This document shows, in pieces, positions 36,867-46,638 of a stretch of 64,000 bases of DNA (within the stretch, counting starts at the first letter, position 1; every line of letters starts with the position of its first letter). Where the stretch lies: the IMG/VR virus record IMGVR_UViG_3300027782_000036. One strand, written 5' to 3'. A model generated the notes under the pieces. The model was not told where the DNA came from, did not search any database, and saw only the letters and a program-made list of their open reading frames with translations. A program made the position numbers and the translations under genes. Source of the DNA: a virus.

Positions 36867-37985
36867 ATGGCTAATATTAAATTAACCGAACTAACAGAAT
36901 TAACAACATCGAATAACACCAATACCATATTTTATGTGGCAAATTTGGCTGTTAGTCCAAATGTATCTCATTACATTAGATTGGGAACTTTCACTTCTGA
37001 TAATGCGATTGCTTATGTAGCTTTTGCTCATGCTAATTCAGCTTTTCTAAGAGCAAATACAGCACTATCAGTAGGTTGGAATGCAAATATAGCATTTAAT
37101 CAAGCCAATTCAGCATATAATCAAGCTAATGCAACATTCAACCAAGCTAATAATGCAGCCTCATTTGCCAATGGTGCTTTTGTTACTGCTAATAGTTCGG
37201 CTTCATTTGCTAATGGTGCTTTTACATCTGCTAACGTTTCTCAAGCAATCAATAATACTCAAAATACAAACATTAGCTCAGCTCAATCATTTGCCAATGG
37301 TGCTTTTACTAGAGCTAACTCATCTTATGGCTTTGCTAATCTTGCTTACAACCATGCTAATTCTGCTTATGATTTTGCTAATACTATTTCAGGAAGTGGT
37401 GCTTTTGATCGAGCTAATGCCGCTTTTGCACAAGCAAATAATGCTTTCAATGTAACTAATGTTGCTTTTAATACGGCAAATTCAGCAGCTTCATTTGCTA
37501 ATGGTGCTTTTACTAAAGCGAATAATTCTGTATTAAAAACAGGTGATGCTATTTCTGGTATTGTAACTGCACCAACGGCAGCAAATAATTCAAGCAACAC
37601 AATGTTGGCAACAACTAGATATGTTGATAATGCTGTTAAAAATGCCATTACTCCTGGTGTAATAAAAGCTTATGCTACTGTAGCTATTTCAGGATCTATA
37701 GCCTCTTTAGAAAGAGGATTTAATATTTCTTCAGTATCACGATTAGGTACAGGACGTTATCAAATTAACTTTACAACTTTAATGGCCACCACATCATACG
37801 TTGTTACTGGTGCAGTATCTACATATAATCCAGGGGATTCAGGCGCTAATAGAAATTTTGATCACACAATTAATATTGAAGCAACAACTACATCTGCAGT
37901 TATAGTTAATACTGGTGATCCAGGAGTTAATCCTAATAATACCCCACATGATGTAGCTAAAATTTGGATAATGATAGTAGAATAG
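36867..37985 (+). CDS. Short fibre-like virion protein with Ala-Asn heptad repeats
   Basis: IKLTEL N-terminal motif; ANxAxxF repeats; PTA..N.T.LATT.YV; C-terminal NISSV.R.GTG.Y.INF domain. Confidence 0.7.
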   Translation: MANIKLTELTELTTSNNTNTIFYVANLAVSPNVSHYIRLGTFTSDNAIAYVAFAHANSAFLRANTALSVGWNANIAFNQANSAYNQANATFNQANNAASFANGAFVTANSSASFANGAFTSANVSQAINNTQNTNISSAQSFANGAFTRANSSYGFANLAYNHANSAYDFANTISGSGAFDRANAAFAQANNAFNVTNVAFNTANSAASFANGAFTKANNSVLKTGDAISGIVTAPTAANNSSNTMLATTRYVDNAVKNAITPGVIKAYATVAISGSIASLERGFNISSVSRLGTGRYQINFTTLMATTSYVVTGAVSTYNPGDSGANRNFDHTINIEATTTSAVIVNTGDPGVNPNNTPHDVAKIWIMIVE

Positions 37986-37992
37986 GAAAAAT

Positions 37993-39375
37993 ATGTCAGC
38001 GAATACAGGAGTAGTCACCCACGGTGGTGCAACACATGAAGTTCAACAATATTATGATTCAGTTATTGTTCAGCTTCCAGATACTAATGTTACTAAAACA
38101 ACTAAGTATTGTTTTTTGTCTAGAGTTGATCCATGGGATGATCCTAATACGGAAGCTAATGAAGAAAATTTTCCACCAACACCATCATTAAGTCAAAAAA
38201 GTATCAATGATGTGTTTAAAAATATGTTTGTTATCAAACGTGTTTATCCACAAGATATGCGACCAATGATTGACCGTATCGACTGGATTACCGGATTTAA
38301 TTATGACATGTATCGAGATGATATTGATATTATTGCTCGTAATTCTAATGGTTATATGATTTATAAATTTTATGTAAAAAATAGATTTGATCAAGTATTT
38401 AAATGTTTATGGAATAATAACGGTGGTACTTCTACTGATGAACCTTATTTTCAACCAGGTACTTTAAATGCTAGTGGAATTTATACAGGCGCAGATGGTT
38501 ACAAATGGGTTTATATCTATACTATTGATGCAGCTTTAAAACAAAGATTTTTAGATGATGATTGGATGCCAACACCTTTAGCAATTCCAGCTGGTATTGG
38601 TGCAAATACAGTAAATTCTGGTAATGTTCCTGTTGTTAATCCTATAGTTAGGGGTTCAGGTTATGCATCCAACACAATTATTAAAATTATTGGTGCAAAT
38701 ACAAGACCGGCAGTCGCCACGGCTATAATTGAAAACGGCGAAATTGTTGATTATGTTGTCACTGATGCAGGTGAAGGATATACAAGTGCTAATGTGCAAA
38801 TCATTTCTACAACAGGTAGTGGTGCTATTGCTAGTGCTAATGTATCACCTATAGGTGGCCATGGTTCTGATCCATTTGAAGAATTTGGTGTTCAAAATAT
38901 TATGGTCACTAATACATTTACTGAAGATGAAGCTAGTTTAATACCGACAGATATTAATTATCGCCAAATCGGATTTGTTATTAATCCTGTTGCGAGGAGT
39001 GCTTTTCCTAATCAATGTCAGAAACCAATATATTCAACCACTACCGATTTGGTAGTTTCAAATGGTTTTGATTTTTATACATCCGATGAAGTTGTATATC
39101 AAGGAACTGATTTAGCTAATGCTACATTTAGTGGAACATGTTTAAGTTTTAATAATGATACCAATGTATTAAGGCTCATAAATACAACTGGAACAGCATC
39201 AAATGGTTTTACACTTATTGGTGAAACAACAGGAACTACCAGAACAGTTTTAAATGTATCTCTACCTGATTATATTCCTTATTCAGGATACATCACATAC
39301 ATAGAGAATAGAGCTGGAACACAAAGAAGTTCGGATGGTTCTGAGCAAGTTAGATTAGTTGTAGGATTTAATTAA
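37993..39375 (+). CDS. gp8: Baseplate wedge subunit
   Basis: R.DW..G..YDMY, VFKCL.N, DGYKW.Y.YTI, GGHG.DP..E, YRQIG...NP, YIENR. Confidence 0.88.
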   Translation: MSANTGVVTHGGATHEVQQYYDSVIVQLPDTNVTKTTKYCFLSRVDPWDDPNTEANEENFPPTPSLSQKSINDVFKNMFVIKRVYPQDMRPMIDRIDWITGFNYDMYRDDIDIIARNSNGYMIYKFYVKNRFDQVFKCLWNNNGGTSTDEPYFQPGTLNASGIYTGADGYKWVYIYTIDAALKQRFLDDDWMPTPLAIPAGIGANTVNSGNVPVVNPIVRGSGYASNTIIKIIGANTRPAVATAIIENGEIVDYVVTDAGEGYTSANVQIISTTGSGAIASANVSPIGGHGSDPFEEFGVQNIMVTNTFTEDEASLIPTDINYRQIGFVINPVARSAFPNQCQKPIYSTTTDLVVSNGFDFYTSDEVVYQGTDLANATFSGTCLSFNNDTNVLRLINTTGTASNGFTLIGETTGTTRTVLNVSLPDYIPYSGYITYIENRAGTQRSSDGSEQVRLVVGFN

Positions 39376-39385
39376 AGGATAAAAA

Positions 39386-42300
39386 ATGGCACTAAATTTT
39401 AACGTTGATCCGTATTATGATGATTTTGATCCAAATAAGAATTTTCATAGGATTCTTTTTAAACCTGGATATGCGGTTCAAGCACGTGAATTAACACAAT
39501 CCCAAACAATCTTACAAGATCAAATCTCTAAGTTTGCTAGCCATATATTTCAAAAAAATACACCGGTATCTGGTGCTAAAGTTACTTACAATTTAAAAGC
39601 ACAATATATTAAAATTAATACCGAAATGAATGGTTCACCAGTAGATGTTGCACTGTTTGATGGTATTTTAATTCAAAATGCAACCGGCGATGCTATCGCT
39701 CGTGTTCTTGCTGTTGCAGAAGAAGGTGGTGGTGATCCTGCAACACTAGTGGTTTCTTACTTATCTGGTTCGCAGTTCCAAGATTCTGACGTTATCTATT
39801 CGGTAGACAATGTAAATCTACAATGTCAAGCTATTAATTTAAATGCTACTGGTAGTAGTTCAGTTGCTTCGATTTCAGAAGGTGTATTCTATGTTATTAA
39901 TGGTTTTGATCAATCATTAATAACCGAAACCACATATTCTATTGGCAACTTTGTTAATGTATTACCACAAACAGTCATTCTAGAAAAATACGGCGTAACT
40001 CCTTCTTTAAGAGTTGGTCTTAATATTATAGAAACAATCTATGATTATGTTGATGATGTGAGTCTATTGGATCCTGCCGATGGATCACCAAACTATCAAG
40101 GTCCTGGTGCAGATCGTTATGTGATTCAATTAGATTTAGAAACTCGTCCTTTATCACTAGGTGATGATGACGGTTTTATTGAGGTATTACGTGTAGAAAA
40201 TGGTAATATACTTAAACAAATTGACGGCACAGTTTATTCTACAATCGATGATTATTTTGCTAAAAGAACATTTGAAGAATCTGGTGATTACATTGTAAAC
40301 GATTTTAAATTAGCACCATCAGCCAATACAAATAACAATGATTATTATGATTTAAAAATTGGTAAAGGTGTAGCTTATGTTCACGGATATCGTTTAGAAA
40401 ATCAATCAGAATTTACAATCACATCGTCAAGATCAAGAACAAAGAAAAATATTAATAATGATCCAACACTTATTCAATATGGTAATTATTTTTATGTAGA
40501 CTCAGCAAATGGTATTCCAGATTCATCAACAATGCCTACTGTTGATTTTCATATTGTTCCTTCAGCAAGTATTAGCACGATTGCTACCTCAGCTAATGCG
40601 GCTACATATAATTCTACCGTGGTTGGTACTGCTAAACTTAGAGCTATTGATTTTGATCGTTTAGGTGGAACTTCAAGTCAAACATCACAATATATTTACA
40701 AAGCATATCTAACTGATATTACTAATACAACATTGTCTTCAAATGTTAGAGTTGGAAGCACATCAGCTAATGTTGCTTTGTTTGACATTACAGGTAAATT
40801 CTCAACAGTAAATGATGCTTACGTTGGTGTAACTCTTACAGTTGATTCTGGTACAAGTGCTGGTGACACACGTAAAGTTACAGCATACAATCCAACAACA
40901 AAAACTTTAACTGTTGATGCTCCATTTACAGTCACTTTAGACACCACATCTAATATAACTTTAAGATTTGCAATTAAAGATGTTGAATGTTTGATGAAAA
41001 TAAATCCAGCAAATTATAAAATTGCTGCAAATGCAAATATTAGCGTTCAAAGTAAAGATAATAATTTGGCTACTGGTAATACAGTATTGATTGAAGCTTC
41101 ATCCAATCCAGAATTAGTATATCAACTTGGTTATCCGTATGTAGCTAATACTTCAGGTACACTCTATGAAACAACTTATGTTTTTAGAAATCAAAGTTTT
41201 GGTGCTACGACAGCAACTTTAAATTTAGGTTCAGCTCCTTTTGCTTTTTTAAGCACAGACCCAACAGATTATATTATTGTTAATGAATCTACTGGCGCTA
41301 TCGGTAATACTGCATGTATCAATAGTGTATCTTTATCACTTGATCAAAAAACAGCAACATTAAATATAAAACCAGGTTCACAACTTGCGAGTATCACTGC
41401 TACAGTATCTACTAAAGTTTCTGTTACAGATGCTGATGATGCAAATTATATTCGTAGAGTTAAAAATTTAAATACAGCAAATACAATATATGCCAATACA
41501 ACAGGTACAAAAATTACTTTATCTGGTGCAACTACGGCTAATGGAAATGTATTTGTTTCTTTAGTTGATGGCCAAACATTAATTCAAGCAAATGCTATCA
41601 CATCAATATCAACAGGCCAATTATTATATGTTTCTGATGTTAAACGTATTGTAAAAATTATTGATACTTTATCAAAAGATACTTTACCAACAGATTCAAT
41701 GTTAGATAATAACGCACATAATGTTACACCATATTATTCTTTAGATAATGGTCAACGAGATAGTTATTATGGTCACGCATCTATTAAATTAAATCCAGGA
41801 AAACCTGCACCAAAAGGTGATTTGTTGGTTTTATTTGATTATTATGAACATTCAGCATCTCAAGGTGACGGTTATTTTTCTGTTGATTCATACTTAGCAC
41901 CATTATCAGCACAACCAGAATCTTATGCACAAATTCCAACATACACTGCTAAAAATGGTAGAATATATTCATTAAAAGATTGTTTAGATTTTAGACCAAA
42001 AGTCGTAAATGCTCAAACATCATTTACGTTTGGCATTCATAATGCTTATTCATATATTCCTGTTAATGGATCAGTATTTTATGCAGATTATAGTTATTAT
42101 TTGGCAAGAAAAGATAAACTTATTTTAAGTAAAGACAAGAATTTTCAAATTATTGAAGGTACTCCAGCAGTTACACCTTTATATCCAACCGAACCTGATG
42201 GTTCTTTAGTTATTGCTAATCTATCTTTAGATGCATATACGGCTTACGTTCCAGGTGAAGTGAGGAGTGGAATTTTACCTAATCTATCAATTGAAAAAGT

Positions 42301-45300
42301 AAAACATAAACGTTGGACAATGCAAGACATTTCCAATATGGAAAATCGTGTTAATAATATTGAATACTATACAGCACTTAATGCGTTAGAAAAAAATGCT
42401 TATTCATTACAAGTACCAGATGTCAATGGTCTTAATAGATTTAAAAATGGCATTCTTGTAGATGATTTTTCTAGTTTTGCTACTGCTGATACAAGCAATT
42501 TAGATTTCAATTCTTCTATTAGTCGTAGAGAAAAAAGATTAACAGCTGCACATGATGTGTCTAATTTCCCATTGCAATCATTACAAATTCGTAATTCATT
42601 TGGACAATTGTCACCAACAACAGCTAACACTTTAGGATTTAGTGTAAAAACTATTGGTGAAACCACTATCTTTACATTACCGTATACAACAGCAAATCTT
42701 GCTTCACAACCTTTAGCAAGTAACACTGTTAATATTAATCCATTTGCTGTTAGAGTTAATCAAGGTACGATGATGTTGAATCCTCCAATGGACAATTGGG
42801 TAGATGATACTGCTCTTCCTGATTTATTAATTGTAGATCCAACATTACAAATATTCCAAGCAAGTAACAATGTTAATGTTTTACAAGTTGGTGACTGGAA
42901 ACCAGTTCCAGGAACATCAGCAACAAAAGCATCAACAAGTGTTAGTTCAGTAACAACGCCAACATCCGCTGGTGGTTCAACAATATCTACAACCACAACC
43001 ACAACAACTCAGACATATGCAACTTTATCACAATCAACTGTTTTAGGTGCTTATGATAGATTAGGTACAACATATAATCAAACAAATGGTTATATCACAG
43101 ATATTAGTATTTTACCTTATATTAGACCTCAACAGTTAGCATTCACGGCTAAAGGATTATTAACAAATACTCCTGTATCTGCTTGGTTTGATGGTGTAAA
43201 CGTTGATCGATATATTAATGCTACAGATACTATAGAATTAAAGGATGTTTTTGGAACATTCAAATCTGGTGATTTAATTGGACAATTTTTTGAGAGTAAT
43301 TTTTATCCTCTAGCTACGGTTAGTTCAGTTTACAGATACCCAAATACAAACGATGTTAGATTATCCATTATAGGTAATATTGGCACAACTCCAACTGGTG
43401 CCTCTAAGATTGAAAATTCTATATACGACACTACAGGTTCTAGAACAGGCAATACCGCTTTTGGAACACCAGTAACAACTAATACTATTATATCAATTCA
43501 TAGAAGTGGTTTAGTTTCTGGTGTTGGTGGTGGCGTTACTGCAAATACATTTGTGACTGATCCGAGTGTATCAACACCAGCCACTTTCACTTTCTATAGA
43601 GTTAGACCTTTTTGGTTGCTCTTCCCATGGCATGCAAGATTTGGTATCTGGAGCCGTCCAAATGGATTTGGGCAATTTTTAACAAATGCAACAGCAAATT
43701 CTACAATATTTAATTTTACAACCACTGGCGTATCTACTCACCATGTTAAAATTGGCGCTAATTGGTCTGATTTATCTTCTTTCCAGGTCAGAGTTAATGG
43801 TAATATTTTAAGCTTTACTGATGATGGAGATAATACAAGAAGAGCAATATTCACTACACTTAACGGAAGAAATAATGTTTCATTTACTGCAGTATCATCA
43901 TTAATAAATGGTAATTCTTTCCGAAATAATTGGTTTGGTTTAGCTATTGCTACAAGTCCTTGGTTGGGTTCCTTCACAACAGGTACAATTGTATTCAGCA
44001 CGGATGCACTGCCATCGGCAGCACCAATTACTAATGTTTCTTCAAACACAGGATTACCTGGTGGTGGTATTTACTATACTAAGGTTAGACAAATATCTTT
44101 ATCCGGTGTAGCTAATACAGCGAATGACTATTACAATAATTGTACCATTAAAATTAATTCAACAAATGTTTTATATGATACTATTACTAAAACTTATACA
44201 TTACAACCACAAACATATACTGCTAAAATTACAAAATATATTGGTCCAAATACAACCTGCTTTTTAGATTCAGATGTTAATATATCTATGGGTTATAATG
44301 CCAATGTTTCTAGTGATATTACCTCATCTTACAGTATTGATGGTACAGCCAATAATATAGTGATAGCAAGAACTGTTGGAGAAAATAGTGGAAATGGAAA
44401 CAATGTTCCTAAACTATCAACAGATGAAACGGGTTCTGTATCAGCTGTATTTAATATTCCCGCTAATTCATTTAAAACAGGTGAAAGATTATTTAAAATT
44501 GATAATCGTTTAATTCCTACTGATCCATATTCAGCAACAACGTTTGCCGAAGCTACATTTACTGCATCAGGTTTATCAACTAGATCACAAGGAATCGATT
44601 TTGCGGCTTCTCTTGATTCTGCTGCTGGTACATTTACTAGAACTGCAACTCAAGCAAATCAATTAATAAACACATCAGTATCTTCAAATACATCTGTGGT
44701 GACTATACCTCCACCACCACCACCACCTCGTATAGATCCAGTGGCACAAACATTTATTATCAGTAAAGAGAATTTTCCAAATGGTGCGTTTATCAATTCT
44801 ATTAAGTTATTCTTTAGAACTAAACCAACCACTACAAATTCTCCGGTTACATTAAGCATTCTTGGAACAGAAAATGGATATCCAAATGGTAAAATATTGG
44901 ATAATTCAATAGTAACTTTAACTCCAGATATGGTTAAGACTTCATCAACACCACATTATCTTGATTCAAATACATTTACTGAATTTGTTTTTAATAGTCC
45001 AGTTTATATTCAATCTAATATATTATATGCATTTATGTTAGAGTCATCATCATTAGATTATAATCTATTCTTGGCAGCTCAAAATGCAATAGCTATACCA
45101 TCATCTGTTAAGAATTTACCTTCAGACCCAATTCCTACTATTGTTACTAAAATTGGTGTTGCTCCGTATGTTGGTGGTTTATTTGAATCACAAAATGGTA
45201 TAACATGGTCTGTTGATCAAAGTAAAGCATTGATGTTTATTATTGATCGTTGTAGATTCAGAACATCGGCTACACCTAAAATACCTTTTGTTGTTCCAAG

Positions 45301-46408
45301 AAATTTACCTTATAGAAAATTAACATCACAAGCAGTTAAAACATTTTATGACGCCAATGGTGTTTCTAATTTATTTAATTTAATACCAGGTAGAGATGTT
45401 TTATCAGATGCGTATAATATAACAACTACAGATTTCGTACCAACAAATACTAGACTTAATTATACATTTAAATCAACAAAAGCTTCAGATTTAACATATA
45501 CAGCTGAAACTTCTGTCACTCCTGGTAAATTTGCTTGTCCAACATACGATGATATTACTTTAAATGATGGCCAAGGCCAAAGAGTATTGGTTTCTAATTC
45601 TAATTCATCATTTATATTATATGCTACACTATCATCTGGTGATGATACAGTATCTCCTGTTATTTCTGAAGATGGTTTATCGTTGTATAATATTGAATAT
45701 CGTATTAACAATATGGGATTATCTAATACGATTGTTACTATTCTTGATGGCGGGACAGGCTACGATCCAGTCAACACAGTTGTAACTATATCATCTCCAG
45801 ATGATCTAGCTGGTGTTCAAGCTATTGCAACCGCTAATGTAGTTGCTAATGTAATTCAGGATATTGTGTTTACTGAACCTGGTTCTGGTTATACAACAAC
45901 ACCGACAATTTCAATTACTGATCCTAACCGTGGTGGTAATGCTAATGTTTCAATTGTTGTTAGTGGTGAAACTGGTCCTAATGGTGGTAATGGTGTTGCT
46001 AAGTATTTTACTAAGAAAGTAGTATTAACACCAGGAAATGATTCTGGTGATTTGAGAGTTTATTATACTGCTTATAGACCAAAAGGCACAAATATTTATG
46101 TTTACTATAAGATTTTAAATAGAAATGATATTCAACCATTTGATGATTCTAGCTGGCAATTAATGACCACAACAACCGGATCTACAAATTACTCAGCATC
46201 TTCTGATAATTTAATAGAATTTGAATGTGCTCCTGGTTTAGATACGTATGCTGATGATACAGTTTCTTATACAAGCACAAGTGGTGTGACGTATACACAA
46301 TTCAGTCAATTTGCAATTAAGATTGTTCTCGCTACAAATGATAATACTAATGTACCATTTTTAACTGATGTCCGTGCATTAGCTTTACCACCAGGCACAG
46401 GTATCTAA
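39386..46408 (+). CDS. Large virion structural protein (VrlC / DUF4815-like)
   Basis: NVDPYYDDF, RILFKPG..VQARELTQ.Q, PGADR, DNGQRD, DFRP, RFKNG..VD.F, DPVAQTF. Confidence 0.85.
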   Translation: MALNFNVDPYYDDFDPNKNFHRILFKPGYAVQARELTQSQTILQDQISKFASHIFQKNTPVSGAKVTYNLKAQYIKINTEMNGSPVDVALFDGILIQNATGDAIARVLAVAEEGGGDPATLVVSYLSGSQFQDSDVIYSVDNVNLQCQAINLNATGSSSVASISEGVFYVINGFDQSLITETTYSIGNFVNVLPQTVILEKYGVTPSLRVGLNIIETIYDYVDDVSLLDPADGSPNYQGPGADRYVIQLDLETRPLSLGDDDGFIEVLRVENGNILKQIDGTVYSTIDDYFAKRTFEESGDYIVNDFKLAPSANTNNNDYYDLKIGKGVAYVHGYRLENQSEFTITSSRSRTKKNINNDPTLIQYGNYFYVDSANGIPDSSTMPTVDFHIVPSASISTIATSANAATYNSTVVGTAKLRAIDFDRLGGTSSQTSQYIYKAYLTDITNTTLSSNVRVGSTSANVALFDITGKFSTVNDAYVGVTLTVDSGTSAGDTRKVTAYNPTTKTLTVDAPFTVTLDTTSNITLRFAIKDVECLMKINPANYKIAANANISVQSKDNNLATGNTVLIEASSNPELVYQLGYPYVANTSGTLYETTYVFRNQSFGATTATLNLGSAPFAFLSTDPTDYIIVNESTGAIGNTACINSVSLSLDQKTATLNIKPGSQLASITATVSTKVSVTDADDANYIRRVKNLNTANTIYANTTGTKITLSGATTANGNVFVSLVDGQTLIQANAITSISTGQLLYVSDVKRIVKIIDTLSKDTLPTDSMLDNNAHNVTPYYSLDNGQRDSYYGHASIKLNPGKPAPKGDLLVLFDYYEHSASQGDGYFSVDSYLAPLSAQPESYAQIPTYTAKNGRIYSLKDCLDFRPKVVNAQTSFTFGIHNAYSYIPVNGSVFYADYSYYLARKDKLILSKDKNFQIIEGTPAVTPLYPTEPDGSLVIANLSLDAYTAYVPGEVRSGILPNLSIEKVKHKRWTMQDISNMENRVNNIEYYTALNALEKNAYSLQVPDVNGLNRFKNGILVDDFSSFATADTSNLDFNSSISRREKRLTAAHDVSNFPLQSLQIRNSFGQLSPTTANTLGFSVKTIGETTIFTLPYTTANLASQPLASNTVNINPFAVRVNQGTMMLNPPMDNWVDDTALPDLLIVDPTLQIFQASNNVNVLQVGDWKPVPGTSATKASTSVSSVTTPTSAGGSTISTTTTTTTQTYATLSQSTVLGAYDRLGTTYNQTNGYITDISILPYIRPQQLAFTAKGLLTNTPVSAWFDGVNVDRYINATDTIELKDVFGTFKSGDLIGQFFESNFYPLATVSSVYRYPNTNDVRLSIIGNIGTTPTGASKIENSIYDTTGSRTGNTAFGTPVTTNTIISIHRSGLVSGVGGGVTANTFVTDPSVSTPATFTFYRVRPFWLLFPWHARFGIWSRPNGFGQFLTNATANSTIFNFTTTGVSTHHVKIGANWSDLSSFQVRVNGNILSFTDDGDNTRRAIFTTLNGRNNVSFTAVSSLINGNSFRNNWFGLAIATSPWLGSFTTGTIVFSTDALPSAAPITNVSSNTGLPGGGIYYTKVRQISLSGVANTANDYYNNCTIKINSTNVLYDTITKTYTLQPQTYTAKITKYIGPNTTCFLDSDVNISMGYNANVSSDITSSYSIDGTANNIVIARTVGENSGNGNNVPKLSTDETGSVSAVFNIPANSFKTGERLFKIDNRLIPTDPYSATTFAEATFTASGLSTRSQGIDFAASLDSAAGTFTRTATQANQLINTSVSSNTSVVTIPPPPPPPRIDPVAQTFIISKENFPNGAFINSIKLFFRTKPTTTNSPVTLSILGTENGYPNGKILDNSIVTLTPDMVKTSSTPHYLDSNTFTEFVFNSPVYIQSNILYAFMLESSSLDYNLFLAAQNAIAIPSSVKNLPSDPIPTIVTKIGVAPYVGGLFESQNGITWSVDQSKALMFIIDRCRFRTSATPKIPFVVPRNLPYRKLTSQAVKTFYDANGVSNLFNLIPGRDVLSDAYNITTTDFVPTNTRLNYTFKSTKASDLTYTAETSVTPGKFACPTYDDITLNDGQGQRVLVSNSNSSFILYATLSSGDDTVSPVISEDGLSLYNIEYRINNMGLSNTIVTILDGGTGYDPVNTVVTISSPDDLAGVQAIATANVVANVIQDIVFTEPGSGYTTTPTISITDPNRGGNANVSIVVSGETGPNGGNGVAKYFTKKVVLTPGNDSGDLRVYYTAYRPKGTNIYVYYKILNRNDIQPFDDSSWQLMTTTTGSTNYSASSDNLIEFECAPGLDTYADDTVSYTSTSGVTYTQFSQFAIKIVLATNDNTNVPFLTDVRALALPPGTGI

Positions 46409-46409
46409 T

Positions 46410-46631
46410 ATGGGTGAATTAGTTAAAGTAAATGATTCTACTTTTGTTAGAGATGTTCAGAGTAGAGCTCTTATTAATCAAGACTACACTGGTAGAGATG
46501 AATATTATGCTAAGGTTAAGATGTTAAACAACCAAAAAACTGAAATAAATAAAGTAAATGCTGAGATCAACCAAATGAAATCTGAGATGTCTGAGATCAA
46601 AGATTTATTAAAACAATTACTACTAAAGTAG
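46410..46631 (+). CDS. Small coiled-coil protein
   Basis: VRD..S.ALIN, K.EMSEIK.LL; usual neighbour of VrlC-like genes. Confidence 0.8.
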   Translation: MGELVKVNDSTFVRDVQSRALINQDYTGRDEYYAKVKMLNNQKTEINKVNAEINQMKSEMSEIKDLLKQLLLK

Positions 46632-46638
46632 GACACAT

